64,000 nt of DNA, taken from NCBI RefSeq assembly GCF_964355755.1, contig NC_092678.1, positions 10,414,352-10,478,351 of the forward strand, given 5' to 3'. Both the position numbers and the translations under genes were made by a program. Positions 35,740 through 49,029 of this stretch are shown here, piece by piece. The notes beneath the pieces are model-generated. The model saw only the letters and a program-made list of their open reading frames with translations. It did not search any database and was not told the DNA's origin. Every line of letters begins with the position of its first letter. Position 1 is the first letter of the stretch. The DNA comes from Antedon mediterranea. Its lineage: Eukaryota; Animalia; Echinodermata.

Positions 35740-38700
35740 GGTCTAAAACGTCTCCAAATGCGATTTGAAGCTATTCTGTACACTTTGATGTTTTGTGTGA
35801 AAAAGTTTTGTCGAAATGCTCAAAATGGTCTAAAACGTTTTTAAAACGATATTAAGCTATTTTGTGCTCTTTGATGTTTTTGTGTAACCAAGTTTTTTCG
35901 AAAATCACGAAATGGTCTAAAACGTCTTCAAATGCGATTTGAAGCTTTTCTAAGCACTTTGGTGTTTTTATGTTAAAAAGTTTTGTCGAAATGCTCAAAA
36001 TGGTCTAAAACGTTTTTAAAACGATATTAAGCTATTTTGTCCTCTTTGATGTTTTTATGTAACCAAGTTTCATCGAAATGAACAAAATGGTCTAAAACGT
36101 CTCCAAATGCGATTTGAAGCTTTTCCAAGCACTTTGCTGTTTTTATGTTAACAAGTTTTTTCGAAAATCACAAAATGGTCTAAAACGTCTCAAAATGCGA
36201 TTTGAAGGTATTCTGAGCACTTTGGTGTTTTTGTGTGAAAAGTTTTAACGAAATGCTCAAAATGGTCTAAAACGGTTTCTAATGTGATTTTAAGCACTTT
36301 GATGTTTTTGTATAACCAAGTTTCATCGAAATTCACAAAATGGTCTAAAACGTCTCCAAATGCGATTTTAAGCTTTTCTAAGCACTTTGGTGTTTTTATG
36401 TTAACAAGGTTTTTCGAAAATCACAAAATGGTCTAAAACGTCTCCAAATGCGATTTGAAGATATTCTGAGCACTTTGGTGTTTTTATGTTAACAAGTTTT
36501 TTCGAAAATCACAAAATGGTCTAAAACGTCTAAAAATACGATATTAAGCTGTTTTGTGCACTTTGATGATTTGTGTGAAAAGTTTTAACGAAATGCTCAA
36601 AATGGTCTAAAACGGTTTCTAATGTGATTTTAAGCACTTTGATGTTTTTATGTAGCCAAGTTTTTTCGAAAATCACAAAATGGTCAAAAACGTCTCCAAA
36701 TGCGATTTGAAGCTTTTCTAAGCACTTTGGTTTTTTTATGTTAACAAGTTTTTTCGAAAATCACAAAATGGTCTAAAACGTCTTCAAATGCGATTTGAAG
36801 ATATTCTGAGCACTTTGGTGTTTTTCTGTTAAAAAGTATTTTCGAAAATCACAAAATGGTCTAAAACGTCTCCAAATGCGATTTGAAGCTATTCTGTACA
36901 CTTTGATGTTTTGTGTGAAAAAGTTTTGTCAAAATGCTCAAAATGGTCTAAAACGTTTTTAAAACGATATTAAGCTATTTTGTGCTCTTTGATGTGTTTG
37001 TATAACCAAGTTTTTTCGAAAATCACAAAATGGTCTAAAACGTCTCCAAATGCGATTTGAAGCTTTTCCAAGCACTTTGCTGTTTTTATGTTAACAATTT
37101 TTTTCGAAAATCATAAAATGGTCTAAAACGTCTCCAAATGCGATTTGAAGCTATTCTGTACACTTTGATGTTTTGTGTGAAAAGTTTTGTCGAAATGCTC
37201 AAAATGGTCTAAAACGTTTTTAAAACGATATTAAGCTATTTTGTGCTCTTTGATGTTTTTGTGTAACCAAGTTTCATCGAAATGAACAAAATGGTCTAAA
37301 ACGTCTCCAAATGCGATTTGAAGCTTTTCTAAGCACTTTGGTGTTTTTATGTTAACAAGTTTTTTCGAAAATCACAAAATGGTCTAAAACGTCTCCAAAT
37401 GCGATTTGAAGCTTTTCTAAGCACTTTGGTGTTTTTATGTTAACAAGTTTTTTCGAAAATCACAAAATGGTCTAAAACGTCTCAAAATGCGATTTGAAGG
37501 TATTCTGAGCACTTTGGTGTTTTTGTGTGAAAAGTTTTAACGAAATGCTCAAAATGGTCTAAAACGGTTTCTAATGTGATTTTAACCACTTTGATGTTTT
37601 TGTGTAACCAAGTTCTTTTCGAAAATCACAAAATGGTCTAAAACGTCTCCAAATGCGATTTGAAGCTCTTCTGTACACTTTGATGTTTTGTGTGAAAAAG
37701 TTTTGTCGAAATGCTCAAAATGGTCTAAAACGTTTTTAAATACGATATTAAGCTGTTTTGTGCACTTTGATGATTTGTGTGAAAAGTTTTAACGAAATGC
37801 TCAAAATAGTCTATAACGGTTTCTAATGTGATTTTAAGCACTTTGATGTTTTTGTGTAATCAAGCTTTTTTGGAAATCACAAAATGGTCTAAAACGTCTC
37901 CAAATGCGATTTGAAGCTTTTCTAAGCACTTTGGTGTTTTTATGTTAACAAGTTTTTTCGAAAATCACAAAATGGTCTAAAACGTCTCAAAATGCGATTT
38001 GAAGGTATTCTGAGCACTTTGGTGTTTTTGTGTGAAAAGTTTTAACGAAATGCTCAAAATGGTCTAAAACGGTTTCTAATGTGATTTTAACCACTTTGAT
38101 GTTTTTGTGTAACCAAGTTTTTTCGAAAATCACAAAATGGTCTAAAACGTCTCCAAATGCGATTTGAAGCTATTCTGTACACTTTGATGTTTTGTGTGAA
38201 AAAAGTTTTGTCGAAATGCTCAAAATGGTCTAAAACGTTTTTAAAACGATATTAAGCTATTTTATGCTCTTTGATGTTTTTGTGTAACCAAGTTTTTTCG
38301 AAAATCACAAAATTGTCTAAAACGTCTCCGAATGCGATTTGAAGCTCTTCTGTACACTTTGATGTTTTGTGTGAAAAAGTTTTCTCGGAATGCTAAAAAT
38401 GGTATAAAAACGTTTTCCAATACCATATTAAGCTATTTTGTGCAATTTGATGTTTTTGTGTAACCAAGTTTTTTCGAAAATCACAAAATTGTCTAAAACG
38501 TCTCCGAATGCGATTTGAAGCTCTTCTGTACACTTTGATGTTTTGTGTGAAAAAGTTTTCTCGAAATGCTAAAAATGGTCTAAAACGTTTTCCAATACCA
38601 TATTAAGCTATTTTGTGCAATTTGATGTTTTTGTGTAACAAAGTTTTTTCGAAAATCACAAAATGGTCTAAAACGTCTCCAAATGCGATTTGAAGATATT

Positions 38701-41700
38701 CTGAGCACTTTGGTGTTTTTATGTTAAAAAGTTTTTTGGAAAATCACAAAATGGTCTAAAACGACTCCAAATGCGATTTGAAGCTATCCTGTACACTTTG
38801 ATGTTTTGTGTGAAAAAGTTTTGTCGAAATGCTCAAAATGATCTAAAACGTTTTTAAAACGATATTAAGCTATTTTGTGCTCTTTGATGTTTTTGTGTAT
38901 CCAAGTTTCATCGAAATGAACAAAATGGTCTAAAACGTCTCCAAATGCGATTTGAAGGTATTCTGAGCACTTTGGTGTTTTTGTGTGAAAAGTTTTAACG
39001 AAATGCTCAAAATGGTCTAAAACGGTTTCTAATGTGATTTTAACCACTTTGATGTTTTTGTGTAACCAAGTTCTTTTCGAAAATCACAAAATGGTCTAAA
39101 ACGTCTCCAAATGCGATTTGAAGCTTTTCTAAGCACTTTGGTGTTTTTATGTTAAAAAGTTTTTTCGAAAATCACAAAATGGTCTAAAACGTCTCCAAAT
39201 GCGATTTGAAGCTCTTCTGTACACTTTGATGTTTTGTGTGAAAAAGTTTTGTCGAAATGCTCAAAATGGTCTAAAACGTTTTTAAATACGATATTAAGCT
39301 GTTTTGTGCACTTTGATGATTTGTGTGAAAAGTTTTAACGAAATGTTCAAAATAATCTAAAACGGTTTCTAATGTGATTTTAAGCACTTTGATGTTTTTG
39401 TGTAACCAAGTTTTTTCGGAAATCACAAAATGGTCTAAAACGTCTCAAAATGCGATTTGAAGCTTTTCTAAGCACTTTGGTGTTTTTATGTTAACAAGTT
39501 TTTTCGAAAATAACAAAATGGTCTAAAACGTCTCAAAATGCGATTGAAGGTATTCTGAGCACTTTGGTGTTTTTGTGTGAAAAGTTTTAACGAAATGCTC
39601 AAAATGGTCTAAAACGGTTCTAATGTGATTTTAAGCACTTTGATGTTTTTGTATAACCAAGTTTCATCGAAATGCTCAAAATGATGTAAAACGTTTTTAA
39701 AACGATATTAAGCTATTTTGTGCTCTTTGATGTTTTTGTGTAACCAAGTTTTTTCGAAAATCACAAAATGGTCTAAAACGTCTCCAAATGCGATTTGAAG
39801 CTTTTCTAAGCACTTTGGTGTTTTTATGTTAACAAGTTTTTTTCGAAAATCACAAAATGGTCTAAAACGTCTCAAAATGCGATTTGAAGGTATTCTGAGC
39901 ACTTTGATGTTTTGTGTTAAAAAAGTTTTGTCGAAATGCTCAAAATGGTCTAAAACGTTTTTAAAACGATATTAAGCTATTTTGTGCTCTTTGATGTTTT
40001 TGTGTAACCAAGTTTTATCGAAATGAACAAAATGGTCTAAAACGTCTCCAAATGCGATTTGAAGCTTTTCCAAGCACTTTGCTGTTTTTATGTTATCAAG
40101 TTTTTTCGAAAATCACAAAATGGTCTAAAACATCTCCAAATGCGATTTGAAGATATTCTGAGCACTTTGGTGTTTTTATGTTAAAAAGTTTTTTCAAAAA
40201 TCACAAAATGGTCTAGAACGTCTCCAAATGCGATTTGAAGCTCTTCTGTACACTTTGATGTTTTGTGTGAAAAAGTTTTGTCAAAATGCTCAAAATGGTC
40301 TAAAACGTTTTTAAAACGATATTAAGCTATTTTGTGCTCTTTGATGTTTTTGTATAACCAAGTTTTTTCGAAAATCACAAAATGGTCTAAAACGTCTCCA
40401 AATGCGATTTGAAGATATTCTGAGCACTTTGGTGTTTTTATGTTAAAAAGTTTTTTCGAAAATCACAAAATGGTCTAAAACGTCTCCAAATGCGATTTGA
40501 AGATATTCTGAGCACTTTGGTGTTTTTATGTTAAAAAGTTTTTTCGAAAATCACAAAATGGTCTAAAACGTCTCCAAATGCGATTTGAAGCTATTCTATA
40601 CACTTTGATGTTTTGTGTTAAAAAGTTTTGTCGAAATGCTCAAAATGGTTTAAAACGTTTTTAAAACGATATTAAGCTATTTTGTGCTCTTTGATGTTTT
40701 TGTGTAACCAAGTTTCATCGAAATGAACAAAATGGTCTAAAACGTCTCCAAATGCGATTTGAAGCTTTTCCAAGCACTTTGCTGTTTTTATGTTAACAAG
40801 TTTTTTCGAAAATCACAAAATTGTCTAAAACGTCTCAAAATGCGATTTGAAGGTATTCTGAGCACTTTGGTGTTTTTGTGTGAAAAGTTTTAACGAAAAG
40901 CTCAAAATGGTCTAAAACGGTTCTAATGTGATTTTAAGCACTTTGATGTTTTTGTACAACCAAGTTTCATCGAAATGCTCAAAATGGTCTAAAACGTTTT
41001 TAAAACGATATTAAGCTATTTTGTGCTCTTTGATGTTTTTGTGTAACCAAGTTTTTTCGAAAATCACAAAATGGTCTAAAACGTCTCCAAATGCGATTTG
41101 AAGCTTTTCTAAGCACTTTGGTGTTTTTATGTTAACAAGTTTTTTCGAAAATCACAAAATGGTCTAAAACGTCTCAAAATGCGATTTGAAGGTATTCTGA
41201 GCACTTTGGTGTTTTTGTGTGAAAAGTTTTAACGAAATGCTCAAAATGGTCTAAAACGGTTTCTAATGTGATTTTAACCACTTTGATGTTTTTGTGTAAC
41301 CAAGTTTTTTCGAAAATCACAAAATGGTCTAAAACGTCTCCAAATGCGATTTGAAGCTTTTCTAAGCACTTTGGTGTTTTTATGTTAACAAGTTTTTTCG
41401 AAAATCACAAAATGGTCTAAAACGTCTCCAAATGCGATTTGAAGATATTCTGAGCACTTTGGTGTTTTTCTGTTAAAAAGTAATTTCGAAAATCACAAAA
41501 TGGTCTAAAACGTCTCCAAATGCAATTTGAAGCTATTCTGTACACTTTGATGTTTTGTGTGAAAAAGTTTTGTCAAAATGCTCAAAATGGTCTAAAACGT
41601 TTTTAAAACGATATTAAGCTATTTTGTGCTCTTTGATGTTTTTGTATAACCAAGTTTTTTCGAAAATCACAAAATCGTCTAAAACGTCTCCAAATGCGAT

Positions 41701-44700
41701 TTGAAGCTTTTCTAAACACTTTGGTGTTTTTATGTTAACAAGTTTTTTCGAAAATCACAAAATGGTCTAAAACGTCTCCAAATCCGATTTGAAGCTATTC
41801 TGTACACTTTGATGTTTTGTGTGAAAAAGTTTTGTCGAAATGCTCAAAATGGTCTAAAACGTTTTTAAAACGATATTAAGCTATTTTGTGCTCTTTGATG
41901 TTTTTGTGTAACCAAGTTTCATCGATATGAACAAAATGGTCTAAAACGTCTCAAAATGCGATTTGAAGGTATTCTGAGCACTTTGGTGTTTTTGGGTGAA
42001 AAGTTTTAACGAAATGCTCAAAATGGTCTAAAACGGTTTCTAATGTGATTTTAAGCACTTTGAAGTATTTGTAAAAACAAGTTTCATCGAAATGCACAAA
42101 ATAGTCTAAAACGTCTCCAAATGCGATTTGAAGCTTTTCTAAGCACTTTGGTGTTTTTATGTTAACAAGTTTTTTCGAAAATCACAAAATGTTCTAAAAC
42201 GTCTCCAAATGCGATTTGAAGATATTCTGAGCACTTTGGTGTTTTTATGTTAAAAAGTATTTTCGAAAATCACAAAATGGTCTAAAACGTCTCCAAATGC
42301 GATTTGAAGCTCTTCTGTACACTTTGATGTTTTGTGTGAAAAAGTTTAGTCGAAATGCTCAAAATGGTCTAAAACGTTTTTAAAACGATATTAAGCTATT
42401 TTGTGCTCTTTGATGTTTTTGTATAACCAAGTTTCATCGAAATGAACAAAATGGTCTAAAACGTCTCCAAATGCGATTTGAAGCTTTTCTAAGCACTTTG
42501 GTGTTTTTATGTTAACAAGTTTTTTCGAAAATCACAAAATGGTCTAAAACGTCTCCAAATGCGATTTGAAGATATTCTGAGCACTTTGCTGTTTTTATGT
42601 TAACATGTTTTTTCGAAAATCACAAAATGGTCTAAAACGTCTCAAAATGCTATTTGAAGGTATTCTGAGCACTTTGGTGTTTTTGTGTGAAAAGTTTTAA
42701 CGAAATGCTCAAAATGGTCTAAAACGGTTCTAATGTGATTTTAAACACTTTGATGTTTTGTGTGAAAAAGTTTTGTCAAAATGCTCAAAATGGTCTAAAA
42801 CGTTTTTAAAACGATATTAAGCTATTTTGTGCTCTTTGATGTTTTTGTATAACCAAGTTTTTTCGAAAATCACAAAATGGTCTAAAACGTCTTCAAATGC
42901 GATTTGAAGATATTCTGAGCACTTTGGTGTTTTTCTATTAAAAAGTATTTTCGAAAATCACAAAATGGCCTAAAACGTCTCCAAATGCGATTTGAAGCTA
43001 TTCTGTACACTTTGATGTTTTGTGTGAAAAAGTTTTGTCAAAATGCTCAAAATGGTCTAAAACGTTTTTAAAACGATATTAAGCTATTTTGTGCTCTTTG
43101 ATGTGTTTGTATAACCAAGTTTTTTCGAAAATCACAAAATGGTCTAAAACGTCTCCAAATGCGATTTGAAGCTTTTCCAAGCACTTTGCTGTTTTTATGT
43201 TAACAATTTTTTTCGAAAATCATAAAATGGTCTAAAACGTCTCCAAATGCGATTTGAAGCTATTCTGTACACTTTGATGTTTTGTGTGAAAAGTTTTGTC
43301 GAAATGCTCAAAATGGTCTAAAACGTTTTTAAAACGATATTAAGCTATTTTGTGCTCTTTGATGTTTTTGTGTAACCAAGTTTCATCGAAATGAACAAAA
43401 TGGTCTAAAACGTCTCCAAATGCGATTTGAAGCTTTTCTAAGCACTTTGGTGTTTTTATGTTAACAAGTTTTTTCGAAAATCACAAAATGGTCTAAAACG
43501 TCTCCAAATGCGATTTGAAGATATTCTGAGCACTTTGCTGTTTTTATGTTAACAAGTTTTTTCGAAAATCACAAAATGGTCTAAAACGTCTCAAAATGCT
43601 ATTTGAAGGTATTCTGAGCACTTTGGTGTTTTTGTGTGAAAAGTTTTAACGAAATGCTCAAAATGGTCTAAAACGGTTCTAATGTGATTTTAAGCACTTT
43701 GATGTTTTTGTATAACCAAGTTTCATCGAAATGCTCAAAATGGTCTAAAACGTTTTTAAAACGATATTAAGCTATTTTGTGCTCTTTGATGTTTTTGTGT
43801 AACGAAGTTTCATCGAAATGAACAAAATGGTCTAAAACGTCTCCAAATGCGATTTGAAGCTTTTCCAAGCACTTTGCTGTTTTTATGTTAACAAGTTTTT
43901 TCGAAAATCACAAAATGGCCTAAAACGTCTCAAAATGCGATTTCAAGGTATTCTGAGCACTTTGGTGTTTTTGTGTGAAAGGTTTTAACGAAATGCTCAA
44001 AATGGTCTAAAACGGTTTCTAATGTGATTTTAAGCACTTTGATGTTTTTGTATAACCAAGTTTCATCGAAATGCACAAAATGGTCTAAAACGTCTCCAAA
44101 TGCGATTTGAAGCTTTTCTAAGCACTTTGCTGTTTTTATGTTAAAAAGTTTTTTCGAAAATCACAAAATGGTCTAAAACGTCTCCAAATGCGATTTGAAG
44201 ATATTCTGAGCACTTTGGTGTTTTTATGTTAAAAAGTTTTTTCGAAAATCACAAAATGGTCTAAAACGTCTCCAAATGCGATTTGAAGATATTCTGAGCA
44301 CTTTGGTGTTTTTATGTTAAAAAGTTTTTTCGAAAATCACAAAATGGTCTAAAACGTCTCCAAATGCGATTTGAAGCTATTCTGTACACTTTGATGTTTT
44401 GTGTGAAAAAGTTTTGTCGAAATGCTCAAAATGGTCTAAAACGTTTTTAAAACGATATTAAGCTATTTTGTGCTCTTTGATGTTTTTGTGTAACCAAGTT
44501 TTATCGAAATGAACAAAATGGTCTAAAACGTCTCCAAATGCGATTTGAAGCTTTTCCAAGCACTTTGCTGTTTTTATGTTAACAAGCTTTTTCGAAAATC
44601 ACAAAATGGTCTAAAACGTCTCCAAATGCGATTTGAAGATATTCTGAGCACTTTGGTGTTTTTATGTTAAAAAGTTTTTTCGAAAATCACAAAATGGTCT

Positions 44701-47700
44701 AAAACGTCTCCAAATGCGATTTGAAGATATTCTGAGCACTTTGGTGTTTTTATGTTAAAAAGTTTTTTCGAAAATCACAAAATGGTCTAAAACGTCTCCA
44801 AATGCGATTTGAAGCTATTCTGTACACTTTGATGTTTTGTGTGAAAAAGTTTTGTCGAAATGCTCAAAATGGTCTAAAACGTTTTTAAAACGATATTAAG
44901 CTATTTTGTGCTCTTTGATGTTTTTGTGTAACCAAGTTTTATCGAAATGAACAAAATGGTCTAAAACGTCTCCAAATGCGATTTGAAGCTTTTCCAAGCA
45001 CTTTGCTGTTTTTATGTTAACAAGTTTTTTCGAAAATCACAAAATGGTCTAAAACGTCTCAAAATGCGATTTGAAGGTATTCTGAGCACTTTGGTGTTTT
45101 TGTGTGAAAAGTTTTAACGAAATGCTCAAAATTGTCTAAAACGGTTTCTAATGTGATTTTAAGCACTTTGATGTTTTTGTAAAACCAAGTTTCATCGAAA
45201 TGAACAAAATGGTCTAAAATGTCTCCAAATGCGATTTGAAGCTTTTCCAAGCACTTTGCTGTTTTTATGTTAACAAGCTTTTTCGAAAATCACAAAATGG
45301 TCTAAAACGTCTCCAAATGCGATTTGAAGATATTCTGAGCACTTTGGTGTTTTTATGTTAAAAAGTTTTTTCGAAAATCACAAAATGGTCTAAAACGTCT
45401 CCAAATGCGATTTGAAGCTCTTCTGTACACTTTGATGTTTTGTGTGAAAAAGTTTAGTCGAAATGCTCAAAATGGTCTAAAACGTTTTTAAAACGATATT
45501 AAGCTATTTTGTGCTCTTTGATGTTTTTGTGTAACCAAGTTTCATCGAAAATCACAAAATGGTCTAAAACGTCTCCAAATGCGATTTGAAGATATTCTGA
45601 GCACTTTGGTGTTTTTATGTTAACAAGTTTTTTCGAAAATCACAAAATGGTCTAAAACGTCTCCAAATGCGATTTGAAGATATTCTGAGCACTTTGGTGT
45701 TTTTATGTTAAAAAGTTTTTTCGAAAATCACAAAATGGTCTAAAACGTCTCCAAATGCGATTTGAAGCTATTCTATACACTTTGATGTTTTGTGTTAAAA
45801 AGTTTTGTCGAAATGCTCAAAATGGTTTAAAACGTTTTTAAAACGATATTAAGCTATTTTGTGCTCTTTGATGTTTTTGTGTAACCAAGTTTCATCGAAA
45901 TGAACAAAATGGTCTAAAACGTCTCCAAATGCGATTTGAAGCTTTTCCAAGCACTTTGCTGTTTTTATGTTAACAAGTTTTTTCGAAAATCACAAAATTG
46001 TCTAAAACGTCTCAAAATGCGATTTGAAGGTATTCTGAGCACTTTGGTGTTTTTGTGTGAAAAGTTTTAACGAAAAGCTCAAAATGGTCTAAAACGGTTC
46101 TAATGTGATTTTAAGCACTTTGATGTTTTTGTACAACCAAGTTTCATCGAAATGCTCAAAATGGTCTAAAACGTTTTTAAAACGATATTAAGCTATTTTG
46201 TGCTCTTTGATGTTTTTGCGTTACCAAGTTTTTTCGAAAATCACAAAATGGTCTAAAACGTCTCCAAATGCGATTTGAAGCTTTTCTAAGCACTTTGGTG
46301 TTTTTATGTTAACAAGTTTTTTCGAAAATCACAAAATGGTCTAAAACGTCTCAAAATGCGATTTGAAGGTATTCTGAGCACTTTGGTGTTTTTGTGTGAA
46401 AAGTTTTAACGAAATGCTCAAAATGGTCTAAAACGGTTTCTAATTTGATTTTAACCACTTTGATGTTTTTGTGTAACCAAGTTCTTTTCGAAAATCACAA
46501 AATGGTCTAAAACGTCTCCAAATGCGATTTGAAGCTTTTCTAAGCACTTTGGTGTTTTTATGTTAACAAGTTTTTTCGAAAATCACAAAATGGTCTAAAA
46601 CGTCTCAAAATGCGATTTGAAGGTATTCTGAGCACTTTGGTGTTTTTGTGTGAAAAGTTTTAACGAAATGCTCAAAATGGTCTAAAACGGTTTCTAATGT
46701 GATTTTAACAACTTTGATGTTTTTGTGTAACCAAGTTTTTTCGAAAATCACAAAATGGTCTAAAACGTCTCCAAATGCGATTTGAAGCTTTTCTAAGCAC
46801 TTTGGTGTTTTTATGTTAACAAGTTTTTTCGAAAATCACAAAATGGTCTAAAACGTCTCCAAATGCGATTTGAAGATATTCTGAGCACTTTGGTGTTTTT
46901 CTGTTAAAAAGTATTTTCGAAAATCACAAAATGGTCTAAAACGTCTCCAAATGCAATTTGAAGCTATTCTGTACACTTTGATGTTTTGTGTGAAAAAGTT
47001 TTGTCAAAATGCTCAAAATGGTCTAAAACGTTTTTAAAACGATATTAAGCTATTTTGTGCTCTTTGATGTTTTTGTATAACCAAGTTTTTTCGAAAATCA
47101 CAAAATGGTCTAAAACGTCTCCAAATGCGATTTGAAGCTTTTCTAAACACTTTGGTGTTTTTATGTTAACAAGTTTTTTCGAAAATCACAAAATGGTCTA
47201 AAACGTCTCCAAATCCGATTTGAAGCTATTCTGTACACTTTGATGTTTTGTGTGAAAAAGTTTTGTCGAAATGCTCAAAATGGTCTAAAACGTTTTTAAA
47301 ACGATATTAAGCTATTTTGTGCTCTTTGATGTTTTTGTGTAACCAAGTTTCATCGATATGAACAAAATGGTCTAAAACGTCTCAAAATGCGATTTGAAGG
47401 TATTCTGAGCACTTTGGTGTTTTTGGGTGAAAAGTTTTAACGAAATGCTCAAAATGGTCTAAAATTGTTTCTAATGTGATTTTAAGCACTTTGAAGTATT
47501 TGTAAAAACAAGTTTCATCGAAATGCACAAAATAGTCTAAAACGTCTCCAAATGCGATTTGAAGCTTTTCTAAGCACTTTGGTGTTTTTATGTTAACAAG
47601 TTTTTTCGAAAATCACAAAATGGTCTAAAACGTCTCCAAATGCGATTTGAAGCTCTTCTGTACACTTTGATGTTTTGTGTGAAAAAGTTTAGTCGAAATG

Positions 47701-49029
47701 CTCAAAATGGTCTAAAACGTTTTTAAAACGATATTAAGCTATTTTGTGCTCTTTGATGTTTTTGTGTAACCAAGTTTCATCGAAAATCACAAAATGGTCT
47801 AAAACGTCTCCAAATGCGATTTGAAGCTTTTCCAAGCACTTTGCTGTTTTTATGTTAACAAGTTTTTTCGAAAATCACAAAATGGTCTAAAACTTCTCAA
47901 AATACGATATTAAGCTGTTTTGTGCACTTTGATGATTTGTGTGAAAAGTTTTAACGAAATGCTCAAAATGGTCTAAAACGGTTTCTAATGTGATTTTAAG
48001 CACTTTGATGTTTTTATGTAGCCAAGTTTTTTCGAAAATCACAAAATGGTCAAAAACGTCTCCAAATGCGATTTGAAGCTTTTCTAAGCACTTTGGTGTT
48101 TTTATGTTAACAAGTTTTTTCGAAAATCACAAAATGGTCTAAAACGTCTCCAAATGCGATTTGAAGCTTTTCCAAGCACTTTGCTGTTTTTATGTTAACA
48201 ATTTTTTTCGAAAATCATAAAATGGTCTAAAACGTCTCAAAATGCGATTTGAAGGTATTCTGAGCACTTTGGTGTTTTTGTGTGAAAAGTTTTAACGAAA
48301 TGCTCAAAATGGTCTAAAACGGTTCTAATGTGATTTTAAGCACTTTGATGTTTTTGTATAACCAAGTTTCATCGAAATGCACAAAATGGTCTAAAACGTC
48401 TCCAAATGCGATTTAAAGCTATTCTAGACACTTTGATGTTTTGTGTGAAAAATTTTCTCGAAATGCTCAAAATGGTCTAAAACGTTTTCCAATACCATAT
48501 TAAGCTATTTTGTGCAATTTGATGTTTTTGTGTAACCAAGTTTTTTGAAATGCGATTTGAAGATATTCTGAGGACTTTGGTGTTTTTATGTTAAAAAGTT
48601 TTTTCGAAAATCACAAAATGGTCTAAAACGTCTCCAAATGCGATTTGAAGATATTCTGAGCACTTTGGTGTTTTTATGTTAAAAAGTTTTTTGGAAAATC
48701 ACAAAATGGTCTAAAACGACTCCAAATGCGATTTGAAGCTATCCTGTACACTTTGATGTTTTGTGTGAAAAAGTTTTGTCGAAATGCTCAAAATGATCTA
48801 AAACGTTTTTAAAACGATATTAAGCTATTTTGTGCTCTTTGATGTTTTTGTGTATCCAAGTTTCATCGAAATGAACAAAATGGTCTAAAACGTTTTTAAA
48901 TACGATATTAAGCTGTTTTGTGCACTTTGATGATTTGTGTGAAAAGTTTTAACGAAATGCTCAAAATAGTCTAAAACGGTTTCTAATGTGATTTTAAGCA
49001 CTTTGATGTTTTTGTGTAACCAAGTTTTA

